A stretch of DNA of 64,000 nt from Fastidiosipila sp. (GCA_012511175.1 JAAZGO010000027.1:7974-71973), one strand, 5' to 3'. Positions 44,440 through 54,345 are shown, counted from the stretch's first letter. The notes: a model not told the origin generated them from the sequence alone. Translations and numbers: made by a program.

Positions 44440-45774
44440 ATGTTGAATTTCAATGACAATCTGACCCAAACCTTTATCGGAGCTCACGAATACGGGCAGA
44501 TGCGGGAGCAGCTTCAGGCCGCCCGCAATCTGCTTGACGGCCGCAAGGGCCCGGGCTCTGAATCTACTGGATGGCTCGACCTGCCCCTTCTGATGAAGGG
44601 GGAGAGCTTGGAGTCAATCCGGCATGCGGCATCACGCATCCGGGATCAGTTTGAGGTCCTGGTCGTCGTCGGTATCGGGGGTTCCTATCTGGGGGCCCGT
44701 GCCCTGATTGAAGCCCTCTCCCATCATTTTTCTCCTTTCCTTTCACAGGAGGCGGGGTCGTCACCCCGGATTTTCTTTGCCGGCCAGCAGATGAGCGCCG
44801 ACTACATGAATGATCTGCTTGAAGTCATCAGAGGGAAACGGGTTGCCCTGAACGTTATTTCAAAGTCTGGCAGAACCACAGAGCCGGCCGTTGCTTTCCG
44901 GGTCTTACGGGATGAGCTCTTCGGGCGTTTTAGCAAGGACCAGCTGGCAAAGAGCCTTTTTATCACGACTGACGGTGAGAAGGGCGCCCTGCGTCAATAC
45001 GCCAGAGAGTACGGCCTGACGGCTTTTGACATCCCGGAAGATGTTGGCGGCCGTTATTCCGTCCTGACCCCGGCGGGGCTGCTGCCTGCAGCGGTGGCGG
45101 GAATCGATATCGGAGCCCTGCTTGAAGGCGCCGGGGAAGAGCGCGCCCGAAGCCTTGCGCCGCTTGCGGAAGACCTGGTTCCAGCTGACCGTTATGCGCT
45201 TGATCGCATCCTGCTCCACCGGAAAGGTTATCTGGCAGAAATACTTGCAGCCTACGAACCCTCCATGCACTCCCTGATTGAATGGTGGAAGCAGCTTTTC
45301 GGAGAAAGTGAAGGAAAAGACCGGCGCGGCATCCTTCCCCTGGGGGCTGGTTTCACGACTGATCTCCACTCGCTGGGCCAGCTGATCCAGGAGGGTCCCC
45401 GCATCCTCTTTGAAACAGTGATCCGTTTTGAGAAGCCGGTGAAAGACGTGGTCATCCCATCTGACCCGCTTGATTTGGATGAGCTTGAATACCTGGCAGG
45501 CAAGACCATGTCATTGGTAAACCGGCGCGCTTTTGAGGGAACTGCTCTTGCTCACACGGAGGGCGGCGTACCCAACATGGAAATCGTTTTGACGGAGAAA
45601 ACCCCCTTCTGCCTGGGTCGCCTGATCTATTTCTTTGAGCGCGCCTGTGCTCTTTCCGCACTGATGAGTGGCGTCAATCCATTTGATCAGCCGGGGGTTG
45701 AAACCTATAAGCGAAATATGTTCTCTTTGCTGGGCAAACCCGGCTACGGTCCCGCGCCATCCGATTCCCTGTAA
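44440..45774 (+). CDS. pgi: Glucose-6-phosphate isomerase (Firmicutes-type)
   Basis: 'VVVGIGGSYLGARALIEAL', 'GGRYSVLTPAGLLP' and 'FGESEGKD' motifs. The ATG at 44440 (or the GTG at 44437) directly abuts the upstream stop. Confidence 0.93.
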   Translation: MLNFNDNLTQTFIGAHEYGQMREQLQAARNLLDGRKGPGSESTGWLDLPLLMKGESLESIRHAASRIRDQFEVLVVVGIGGSYLGARALIEALSHHFSPFLSQEAGSSPRIFFAGQQMSADYMNDLLEVIRGKRVALNVISKSGRTTEPAVAFRVLRDELFGRFSKDQLAKSLFITTDGEKGALRQYAREYGLTAFDIPEDVGGRYSVLTPAGLLPAAVAGIDIGALLEGAGEERARSLAPLAEDLVPADRYALDRILLHRKGYLAEILAAYEPSMHSLIEWWKQLFGESEGKDRRGILPLGAGFTTDLHSLGQLIQEGPRILFETVIRFEKPVKDVVIPSDPLDLDELEYLAGKTMSLVNRRAFEGTALAHTEGGVPNMEIVLTEKTPFCLGRLIYFFERACALSALMSGVNPFDQPGVETYKRNMFSLLGKPGYGPAPSDSL

Positions 45775-47648
45775 TGAATCGTTTTGACCAGCCTTCCTAT
45801 CGCGCCATGCTGCGGTCGGTCAGGAAACCGGCCCGCTACACGGGCGGTGAACTCCATGCGGTTGATAAAAACAGGTTTTTCTTCAAAAAGGATCAAGATC
45901 TCCGGGTCCATTTTGCCCTGTGCTTCCCTGATCTCTACGAAATCGGCATGTCCAACCTGGCCATCCAAATTCTTTATGCCATCCTCAACCGCGACGATGA
46001 TACCTACTGTGAGCGCTGCTTTGCCCCTGATTTTGACATGCGCGGCTACCTTCGGGAGCGGGGCTTGCCTCTGACTTCCCTTGAATCAGGAACACCTTTG
46101 TCTGATTTTGATATGGTTGGGATGTCGCTTCAGTATGAACTTTCCTATACGGCTGTTTTGGAGATGCTGGATCTGGGAGGAATCCCGCTTCTGGCTGCGA
46201 AACGGGACGAAGCGGATCCAATTGTCATCGCCGGCGGTCCAATCACCTGTAACCCCGAACCCATGGCTCCTTTCTTTGATGCGATTCTGCTGGGTGATGG
46301 AGAGGAAGCTTTGCCGGAAATCATTGAAGCCCTGAAAAGCAAAAAGCGAAATGCCCTGACACGGCGCGAATTCCTGACATCGATCGCGGGCATTGAAGGC
46401 CTTTACATCCCCTCCCTTTACGACGTGGCCTATCTGGAAGACGGCAGGGTGAAAGGCATCCATCCCATTGATCCCGCAGCACCCCCAAGGGTCAAAAAGC
46501 GCCTGGTAAGGGATCTGGACCGGGCTTCCATGCCGCTTGAGCCTGTCGTCCCGAATATGGAGGTGATCCACGATCGCATGGTCATGGAAGTTCTGAGGGG
46601 ATGCGCCCGCGGCTGTCGGTTCTGTCAAGCCGGCTTCACTTACCGGCCTCTTCGGGAACGGAGCCAGGAGACCCTGGTCAGGACAGCCGGCCGGCTGATC
46701 GAAAATACCGGCTATGAGGAAATGGGGCTGCTTTCCTTGTCAACCACCGATTATTCACAGCTTGAGGATCTGGTCCTGGCGCTCCTTCCCATGACTGAAC
46801 CGCGTCACATCAACCTGTCACTTCCCTCCTTGAGGCTGGATGCCTTTGATTTTAACCTTGCCAAAGAGATCGCAAAAACCCGGCGGGCAGGACTGACATT
46901 TGCGCCTGAAGCGGGAACCCAGCGCCTGCGCGATGTGATCAACAAAAATATCTCGGAGGAGGAAATGCTTGACGCGGCAGAGACGGCTTTCCTGAATGGC
47001 TGGGACCGCTTGAAACTCTATTTTATGCTGGGTCTGCCAACGGAAACCGACCAGGATGTCAATGGCATCGTGACCCTGGTTCGGAAACTGATCGCCGTAT
47101 GGGACCATCTGCCCAGGGAAAGCCGGTCGAAACGGCTCAAGGTCACAGTCAGCACTTCCTTTTTCATTCCAAAGCCCTTTACGCCCTTCCAATGGGCACA
47201 GCAGATCACTCCCGACGAGATGGCTGCCAAGCAGGAACAGCTGGCTGCGGGCCTCAGGGATCGCAGAGTTTCCTTCACCTGGAATACTTTCGAAAGTGCC
47301 CGGCTGGAGGGAGTACTCTCCCGGGGTGACCGCAGGCTGGCGGCAGTCATCCGCCGCGCTTGGGAAACAGGAGCCTATCTGGACGCCTGGCACGAGCATT
47401 TTCAGGCAGATCTCTGGCAGGATGCACTGGAACTGATCCCTGGCGGGGCAGACTTTTATACCCGCGGCCGCCAGCCGCAGGAAGTCTTTCCCTGGGAACA
47501 TCTGGATGTTGGTGTAAGCAGAGACTATTTACAAAGTGAGTGGAACAAGTCAAAGAAGGGAGAGGTCACGCCCTCCTGTTATGACCGCTGTTCCGCCTGT
47601 GGCTGTCAGGACTTCAAAGCAGGGCTTTGCCCGGGAGTTCTCCCATGA
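45774..47648 (+). CDS. Radical SAM protein with N-terminal B12-binding-like domain (TIGR03960-like, function unknown)
   Basis: 'RKPARYTGGE' N-terminus and 'EVLRGCARGCRFCQAG' (CxxxCxxC), 624 aa. The start overlaps the pgi stop (TAATG). Confidence 0.85.
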   Translation: MNRFDQPSYRAMLRSVRKPARYTGGELHAVDKNRFFFKKDQDLRVHFALCFPDLYEIGMSNLAIQILYAILNRDDDTYCERCFAPDFDMRGYLRERGLPLTSLESGTPLSDFDMVGMSLQYELSYTAVLEMLDLGGIPLLAAKRDEADPIVIAGGPITCNPEPMAPFFDAILLGDGEEALPEIIEALKSKKRNALTRREFLTSIAGIEGLYIPSLYDVAYLEDGRVKGIHPIDPAAPPRVKKRLVRDLDRASMPLEPVVPNMEVIHDRMVMEVLRGCARGCRFCQAGFTYRPLRERSQETLVRTAGRLIENTGYEEMGLLSLSTTDYSQLEDLVLALLPMTEPRHINLSLPSLRLDAFDFNLAKEIAKTRRAGLTFAPEAGTQRLRDVINKNISEEEMLDAAETAFLNGWDRLKLYFMLGLPTETDQDVNGIVTLVRKLIAVWDHLPRESRSKRLKVTVSTSFFIPKPFTPFQWAQQITPDEMAAKQEQLAAGLRDRRVSFTWNTFESARLEGVLSRGDRRLAAVIRRAWETGAYLDAWHEHFQADLWQDALELIPGGADFYTRGRQPQEVFPWEHLDVGVSRDYLQSEWNKSKKGEVTPSCYDRCSACGCQDFKAGLCPGVLP

Positions 47649-48325
47649 TGAAGCGGCGGATCCTGCTTTTTTATGAACGGAGGGATGCGGCGGCCTGGCT
47701 GGCCCACCTGGACATGATGCGATTGTTCGAACGGTCATTGAGCCGGGCGGACTGGCCGCTGTCCTGGACTGTGGATGCTTTCAACCCGCGCCCCGAAATT
47801 GTTTTTGGTCTTCCTGCCGGTGTCGGGATTGAAACGCGGAAGGATCCCCTTGAGGTCAGGCTTGCCCCGGAGGGGCAGCTCTTTGAACCTGACGCGGCGC
47901 TCCTTCGCCTTAACCTGTCCTTTCCGGCCGGTGTGCGGGTGACGGGCTGGCAGGAGACTGATTCAGGAAGCCCGAGCCTCATGGCACGGGTGAGAGCCGC
48001 CCAATACAGGCTGGAGGCTGAAGGTATCGGCAGCGCCTTCAGCCGGACCTTTGCCGGAGGACCGGTTGAGGTGGTCCAAGAACGGAAAAAACGCCGGATC
48101 CCGGTCGATCTGGCAACCAGGGTTTTCTCATCCCAAGTCTTGGGAGAGAATTGTCTGTCTTTAATGGGAGGGGCGGGAAGCACAGGACACCTTCGTATCG
48201 ATTTGCTGCTGGAAGCTCTGGTTCTTTACGGCGGATTGAGACGGGAAGCGGCTCAGGGGGCAAGCGTTGTCCGGCTCGCTGTTTTCCTTGACGGCCATGG
48301 AGCCGGACAGGGTATAATTACCTGA
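47645..48325 (+). CDS. Radical-SAM-linked protein (DUF2344 / TIGR03936-like)
   Basis: 'YERRDAAAWLAHLDMMRLFERSLSRA' N-terminus. ATGA overlap with the radical SAM gene. This pair is commonly adjacent or fused. Confidence 0.78.
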   Translation: MMKRRILLFYERRDAAAWLAHLDMMRLFERSLSRADWPLSWTVDAFNPRPEIVFGLPAGVGIETRKDPLEVRLAPEGQLFEPDAALLRLNLSFPAGVRVTGWQETDSGSPSLMARVRAAQYRLEAEGIGSAFSRTFAGGPVEVVQERKKRRIPVDLATRVFSSQVLGENCLSLMGGAGSTGHLRIDLLLEALVLYGGLRREAAQGASVVRLAVFLDGHGAGQGIIT

Positions 48326-48359
48326 AAGGCTTTCAGCTGGTTTTGATTGGAGTTTGAGT

Positions 48360-50612
48360 ATGCCCGCCCTGCGCCTGGCAACTGTATTTGGAACCGGAAT
48401 GGTTCTTCAGCAGAAGACGGCGGCAAGACTTTTTGGTTTTGCTAAAAGTGATATGCAAGTCACTGTCGAGCTGGAGCGGTTTCCAGCTGAAAACCGGCAG
48501 GCATCCGAGAGTCAAACACAATACGGCATCATCTTTTTCGAGGAGGAAAGGGCAGACCGGGATGGTTACTTCGAATTTCGCCTGCCGCCTCTGAAAGCCT
48601 CATATGATTCCTACCGCCTGACGGTGAGATCCGGTGTGGACGCCGTGATCGTAGACGACATTCTTGCCGGCGAAGTCTGGTATGCGGCAGGTCAGGACAA
48701 CATGTCACAGACTGTGCGCATGTCGGACGCAGAAGAACTGCTGCCCGATTGTGTCAATTTAGGATCCATCCGCTTTTTCCAGATGAACCTGGATGGGCTC
48801 TCGGATAAAGTTCCCGAATACAGTTACATGCCGCTTGGCGAAGCGCAGGGAGGAGAGTGGCAACGCGGCGATCAAAGCTATCTCATGGAGGAGATCTCAG
48901 CCATTGCTTTTTCATTTGCGCGGGAACTCCACTATGAATTGGACATTCCCGTCGGGGTAATCAATGCTGCCTGTCCCGGCACATATATCCATGCCTGGTT
49001 GCCGCGGGAAATCATTGAAACCGATCCCATCATCAAGAACCATGTCAGGGAAGTCCGGCTTTACCGCGACAGGGAAGGATGGAACAACGCCGAAATCGAA
49101 AGCCCCCGTGTAGAAAAAGAAAAGGCGCCCCGGCCCCTGTCTCCTTTTCCCAGGCCGCAGATTGTCGCTATCATGGATGGCAGGCGCCCTGACCTCCCCG
49201 CGACAGTCCCTGTTGTTATTCCGCGGGCGAGCATCCGTAAGTCCAGCGTTGCTCAAGACATCGTACCACTGGAACGCGTTTTTCTGCCGCGTAATCAGCC
49301 AGCTGCCATCTTCAATCACAAAGTGGCGCCTTTTGTCGGCTTGTCCATCCGGGGCATTCTTTGGATGCAGGGAGAAAACGATGTCGACAGCCCGGAGTAT
49401 TACCTGCGTGCTTTTGGCCACCTCATCGATATGTTCAATGAAATGTTCGAATCGGCCGATGGGGAGCTGGATCTGATTGTCTCCCAGCTGCCTCCCTATC
49501 TCTACAGGGGGCTCAATGCATTCGGACTTGCTGTTTTTAATGAGATGCTTGCCCGCGCCTGCCGCCGGGTGCCTGCCAGGGCAGGCCTGATCACCGTTTA
49601 TGATCTTTCACCGGCCTACCTGGATCAGGACTACTACTGTGCTGCCCTGACGCCTTACGCGAAACTGGAAATTGGCCGGAGGATGTCGGTTGTCGCGCGT
49701 GGCCTGACTGACGGGGGTGATTTGCCCGTAAGTGCGCCTCAGCCCATCGCCATGGAGCGGATTGGAAACAAATGGATGATTGATCTTTCGCCATCTGCGG
49801 TTAAGGGCCATGGCCTGCAGCTGCGCCAGGGAGAAAATATCCTTAAGGGGTTTGCCGTTTGCGATGCGAGCCGTGTGTTTGTAAAAGCAGAGGCGCGCAT
49901 CCTCTACGGCGTCCGCGTTCTTGTCTGGCACGACCAGATCGAGGATCCGGTCTCCCTGACCTATGCCTTTTCTGCCTTCAACAGCGAAGCCAACCTCTAT
50001 GGGGCGGACGGGATACCGGTCTTGCCTTTCCGTTTTGATCTGGAGCCCTCAGCTTACCTGGCCCCCATGGCTTGGGCCGACTGTGACCGGCTGACTGAAT
50101 TTTCCTGGACACAAGCTCTGCTGAGAGATTCCCTGCGGTCAAAAAAGAAAACATGGCCCGGGCAAAACCAATTGTGGGAAGTCACGGGCGGCGGAGGCAA
50201 ACTCGAACTGACCGGAGAGATCCACGGTTATGGGAGCGCCGACATCAGGCTTGACTACTGGAATGCGGACGAACGGCCTGTTGTTATTGAGGCGGCTGTA
50301 TCGCATGCCTCCGCGTATCCCCCGCTTGATCTTTCAGTTTACACAGGCATTGAGCTGACTGTGCTCAACCCGGACCATCAAAGGAAGACCGTCCAGCTTC
50401 TCCTGGAAGATACCAACGGAGTTTTCTTCGAATCCCAGCCGGCGGTCATCGAAGATGCTTTCAGACAGCAAATTTTGGTGTGGTCTGCAGAAAGCCTGGC
50501 CGTGGACACCAGCCGCGTGACCCGCCTGGCCTTCCGCTTGATGGATCCGGGCGGGAAGGGTAGTCTGATCTTTATCCGGGTGAATTTCCCCTACAGGCCC
50601 GAAGAGGAATAG
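48360..50612 (+). CDS. Sialate O-acetylesterase (SASA/SGNH)-like protein, predicted catalytically inactive, with C-terminal extension
   Basis: SASA-like blocks 'LATVFGTGMVLQQ', 'GEVWYAAGQDNMSQ' (the family has GQSNM), 'GILWMQGEND' and '...NLYGADGIPVLPFRFD'. No signal peptide. About 230 aa of extra C-terminal sequence. ATG at 48360 after a TTGGAG RBS. Confidence 0.72.
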   Translation: MPALRLATVFGTGMVLQQKTAARLFGFAKSDMQVTVELERFPAENRQASESQTQYGIIFFEEERADRDGYFEFRLPPLKASYDSYRLTVRSGVDAVIVDDILAGEVWYAAGQDNMSQTVRMSDAEELLPDCVNLGSIRFFQMNLDGLSDKVPEYSYMPLGEAQGGEWQRGDQSYLMEEISAIAFSFARELHYELDIPVGVINAACPGTYIHAWLPREIIETDPIIKNHVREVRLYRDREGWNNAEIESPRVEKEKAPRPLSPFPRPQIVAIMDGRRPDLPATVPVVIPRASIRKSSVAQDIVPLERVFLPRNQPAAIFNHKVAPFVGLSIRGILWMQGENDVDSPEYYLRAFGHLIDMFNEMFESADGELDLIVSQLPPYLYRGLNAFGLAVFNEMLARACRRVPARAGLITVYDLSPAYLDQDYYCAALTPYAKLEIGRRMSVVARGLTDGGDLPVSAPQPIAMERIGNKWMIDLSPSAVKGHGLQLRQGENILKGFAVCDASRVFVKAEARILYGVRVLVWHDQIEDPVSLTYAFSAFNSEANLYGADGIPVLPFRFDLEPSAYLAPMAWADCDRLTEFSWTQALLRDSLRSKKKTWPGQNQLWEVTGGGGKLELTGEIHGYGSADIRLDYWNADERPVVIEAAVSHASAYPPLDLSVYTGIELTVLNPDHQRKTVQLLLEDTNGVFFESQPAVIEDAFRQQILVWSAESLAVDTSRVTRLAFRLMDPGGKGSLIFIRVNFPYRPEEE

Positions 50613-50627
50613 AGAAAGGCTGACGCC

Positions 50628-53279
50628 ATGAAAAAGATCGAACAGATTCCAAAGACTTTTGAACCGGCCAGGGAAGAAGCGTCCATCTATCAGATGTGGG
50701 AAAGCGCTGGCTCATTTCGTGCAGAAGCACCCTCCGAAAAGGAATCCTTCTGCATGGTGATGCCGCCGCCCAACATCACTGGCGAACTCCATATGGGCCA
50801 CGCGCTGGATAATACCCTGCCCGACATTCTAACCCGTTTTAATCGCATGCGAGGCAGGAATGCCCTCTTTCTTCCGGGCACGGATCACGCATCGATCGCG
50901 ACGGAGGCCGTTGTTGTAGCCCGCATGAAGGAAGAAGGGCTTTCAAAGGAAAGCGTGGGGCGGGAAGGTTTCCTGGAGCGCGCCTGGCTTTGGAAGGATG
51001 AGTACAACAACCGGATTATTGAACAGCAAAAAAGGCTGGGTCTGTCCTGCGACTGGCAGCGCCATCGTTTCACCATGGATGAGGGACTCTCCCGGGCGGT
51101 TACCCGGGTTTTTGTCAATTTGTACAGGGAGGGCCTGATTTACCGGGGAGAACGCATCATCAACTGGTGCCCCGTCTGCGGAACCTCGATCTCGGATATC
51201 GAAGTTGAGCATGAAGAACGTTCAGGCCACTTTTTCACGGTTCACTATCCCTTCGAGGATGGGCAAGGCGGCATCGAAATCGCCACGACCCGGCCGGAGA
51301 CCATCCTGGCGGATACAGCGGTTGCTGTCCACCCGCGGGACAAGCGTCACCGCGCGCTGGTGGGCCGCAAACTCCGTCTCCCCCTGACCGGCCGGATTGT
51401 TCCCATCATTGCGGATGAGTACGTGGACCCCGACTTTGGTACAGGTTTGGTTAAGATCACCCCTGCTCACGATCCAAATGACTATGAAATCGGCCTTCGC
51501 CACGGACTGCCGGTGATTGATATCCTGACCCTTGATGGCCACATGACAGATGAGTGCGGAGCTTATGCAGGCATGACGGTCATGGAGGCCCGCGAAGCGG
51601 TTGTGAAAGAGTTGGAATCCCAGGGATTGCTGATCAAGGTTGAGGACGTGCGGCATAACGTGGGAACCTGCCAGCGCTGCCATACAGTCGTTGAACCGAA
51701 AGTATCCCTCCAGTGGTTCGTTCACATGGAACCTCTGGCCAGGCCGGCCATCGAGGCGGTGCGCAGCGGCGAGACAAGATTTGTTCCGGACCATTTCAAG
51801 AAGACCTATTTCAACTGGATGGAAAACATCCGTGACTGGTGTATCTCCAGGCAGCTCTGGTGGGGTCACCGGATTCCCGCCTGGTATTGTGAAGACTGCG
51901 GTGAGACCATTGTGTCTGAGGAGGTACCCGAAAGATGCACGGCCTGCGGCGGTTCCAGTCTCAGGCAGGAGGAAGACACGCTCGATACCTGGTTTTCCTC
52001 GGCGCTCTGGGCCTTCTCAACCTTGGGCTGGCCTGAGGAAACGGACGATTTCAAGACCTTTTATCCCACGGATGTTCTTGCGACGGGCTATGACATCATT
52101 TTCTTCTGGGTGGCCCGAATGATTTTTTCCTCGCTCCATCAGACAGGAAAGGTGCCCTTTCATACGGTACTGATTCACGGCCTTGTACGCGATGAACTGG
52201 GCCGCAAGATGTCAAAATCACTGGGCAACGGGGTTAACCCGCTTGAAATGATTGATCTTTACGGGGCGGATGCGCTCCGCTTTGCCCTGATCACAGGCAA
52301 TGCGCCCGGCAATGATCTTCGCTGGCGCGAGGAGAAGTTCGAGAACGGCCGCAATTTTATCAATAAAATTTGGAATGCCTTTCGTTTTATTGTCATGAAT
52401 CTGGATGACAGAACCGATTTTTCTGACTTGAAGGATGAAGATCAGGCCTTGGAAGACCGCTGGATTATGAGCGAGCTTGGAGAAGTCATCAGGGAGGTGA
52501 CTGATCATCTGGAGTCCATGGAGCTCGGACTGGCTCAGGAAAAGATCTATTCTTTTCTTTGGGATTATTTCTGCGACTGGTACATCGAGATGGTAAAAGA
52601 ACGCCTGCAGAAGGGAGGGGCAGCCCGGCTGGCCGCTCAGGCCGTGCTCTGTCGTGTCTTTTCCGATACCATGGCCCTGCTGCATCCCTTCATGCCTTTT
52701 GTGACGGAAAGAATTTTCGGGGTTTTGCACGAGGATCAGCTCCTGATCAGTTCTCCCTGGCCCCGGGCAGCGGCCTATCCCCGGGACGGGGAGGCGGTCG
52801 AAGTCATGCGCCATATGATCAGCGCAATCCGGGGTGTGAGGAATGTCCGCGCTGAATACAAGATCAAGCCATCACACCGGTTCCCGGCAAAGCTGAGAAC
52901 CGGAAACAGCAGGCTGCTTGCAGGCATGGAAGCGGCCGGGCCGACACTTCTCCGTCTGGCCGGAATTTCAAAGCTTGAAGGTGTCACCGGGGATTTTTCA
53001 CCTTCGAATGGCGATGTGGCCATTGTTTTTACCGGTGGCGAATTATTTGTCTCCCTGCGTCAACTGGTCGATGTCGCTTCTGAAGCAAGCCGGCTGGAAA
53101 AAGAGGCCGCCGTCCTTCAGCAGGAAATCAAGCGCTCGGATTCCATGCTGGCCAATCGGCAATTTCTGGAAAAGGCGCCCGCCGCGGTTGTCGAACAAGA
53201 GAAGATCAAGAAAAGGGACTACGAGACACAGTTGGAGAAGCTGCTGCAGCAGCTCGATTATCTTGGCCGGACAGAATAA
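50628..53279 (+). CDS. valS: Valine--tRNA ligase
   Basis: HIGH motif 'PPPNITGELHMGH', KMSKS motif 'KMSKSLGN', the editing domain and a C-terminal coiled coil. 883 aa. Confidence 0.97.
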   Translation: MKKIEQIPKTFEPAREEASIYQMWESAGSFRAEAPSEKESFCMVMPPPNITGELHMGHALDNTLPDILTRFNRMRGRNALFLPGTDHASIATEAVVVARMKEEGLSKESVGREGFLERAWLWKDEYNNRIIEQQKRLGLSCDWQRHRFTMDEGLSRAVTRVFVNLYREGLIYRGERIINWCPVCGTSISDIEVEHEERSGHFFTVHYPFEDGQGGIEIATTRPETILADTAVAVHPRDKRHRALVGRKLRLPLTGRIVPIIADEYVDPDFGTGLVKITPAHDPNDYEIGLRHGLPVIDILTLDGHMTDECGAYAGMTVMEAREAVVKELESQGLLIKVEDVRHNVGTCQRCHTVVEPKVSLQWFVHMEPLARPAIEAVRSGETRFVPDHFKKTYFNWMENIRDWCISRQLWWGHRIPAWYCEDCGETIVSEEVPERCTACGGSSLRQEEDTLDTWFSSALWAFSTLGWPEETDDFKTFYPTDVLATGYDIIFFWVARMIFSSLHQTGKVPFHTVLIHGLVRDELGRKMSKSLGNGVNPLEMIDLYGADALRFALITGNAPGNDLRWREEKFENGRNFINKIWNAFRFIVMNLDDRTDFSDLKDEDQALEDRWIMSELGEVIREVTDHLESMELGLAQEKIYSFLWDYFCDWYIEMVKERLQKGGAARLAAQAVLCRVFSDTMALLHPFMPFVTERIFGVLHEDQLLISSPWPRAAAYPRDGEAVEVMRHMISAIRGVRNVRAEYKIKPSHRFPAKLRTGNSRLLAGMEAAGPTLLRLAGISKLEGVTGDFSPSNGDVAIVFTGGELFVSLRQLVDVASEASRLEKEAAVLQQEIKRSDSMLANRQFLEKAPAAVVEQEKIKKRDYETQLEKLLQQLDYLGRTE

Positions 53280-53367
53280 AGCCGTCAAGCCGGCCTCGTG
53301 CCGTGCGTTATACTGAAATCGAGATAATTCCCAGGTCCCGGCGAGCGGGACTGCAAAGGAGGCCGTC

Positions 53368-54309
53368 ATGCCACTGGTAACTACAAAGGAAATGTTTAAG
53401 AAGGCCTACGAAGGACGTTACGCCATCGGTGCATTCAATGTCAACAACATGGAGATCATCCAGGGGATCGTCAACGCTGCAAAACGGCTTGATGCACCGC
53501 TCATTCTCCAGGTTTCAGCCGGCGCCCGCCGATATGCCAGCCAGACCTATCTGGTTAAGCTGGTGGAGGCGGCCCTGATTGACTCAGATCTTCCCATCGC
53601 CCTCCATCTTGATCACGGGGACAGCTTCGAACTATGCAAGGACTGCATTGACGGTGGTTTCACTTCGGTTATGATCGATGCTTCGCACCTGCCCTTCGAG
53701 GAGAATATTGCCTTGACCCGGCGGGTTGTTGATTATGCGCACAGCCACGACCCGGCCGTTGTGGTGGAGGCGGAACTCGGACGCCTGGAAGGGATTGAAG
53801 ATGACATCAAGGTGGCTGCAGAAGAGGCATCCTACACCGATCCCGGCCAGGTTGAGGAATTTGTGACCCGGACCCGGTGCGATTCGCTGGCTATTGCCAT
53901 CGGAACCAGTCATGGCGCCTACAAATTCAAGCCCGGACAGAAACCTGAACTGCGTTTTGACATTCTGGAGGAGGTCGCCCGCCGGCTGCCGGGTTTCCCC
54001 ATCGTCCTGCATGGTGCCAGCAGTGTCCTCTCTCAATATGTCGATACCATCAATCAATACGGGGGATCCATGCCTGATGCTGTGGGCGTGCCGGAAAAGA
54101 TGCTTCGGGAAGCGGCAACCATGGCCGTTTGCAAGATCAATATCGATACCGATCTGAGGATGGCCATGACGGCCTCTATCCGGCAGCACATGGCCTTGAA
54201 TCCTTCGCATTTTGATCCCCGCCAGTACCTGGGCCCCGCGCGCCAGGCCATCGAGGACCTGGTAGCCCATAAAATTGTCAATGTGCTGGGCTGTGCCGGG
54301 CAAGCCTGA
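53368..54309 (+). CDS. fba: Class II fructose-1,6-bisphosphate aldolase
   Basis: 'YAIGAFNVNNME', 'LHLDHG', 'GTSHGAYKF' and 'IVLHGASS' motifs. AAAGGAGG RBS. Confidence 0.95.
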   Translation: MPLVTTKEMFKKAYEGRYAIGAFNVNNMEIIQGIVNAAKRLDAPLILQVSAGARRYASQTYLVKLVEAALIDSDLPIALHLDHGDSFELCKDCIDGGFTSVMIDASHLPFEENIALTRRVVDYAHSHDPAVVVEAELGRLEGIEDDIKVAAEEASYTDPGQVEEFVTRTRCDSLAIAIGTSHGAYKFKPGQKPELRFDILEEVARRLPGFPIVLHGASSVLSQYVDTINQYGGSMPDAVGVPEKMLREAATMAVCKINIDTDLRMAMTASIRQHMALNPSHFDPRQYLGPARQAIEDLVAHKIVNVLGCAGQA

Positions 54310-54345
54310 GGTTGTCGGCGGCACTCTGTTTGATAAGACGGGAGC

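Noticed and set aside
50613-50627. A T-box leader for valS.
   Set aside because: The intergenic space is only 15 nt. No specifier or T-box sequence was visible by eye in the preceding coding sequence, though I did not run a covariance model (see the finding on the clpC-like-to-valS string).
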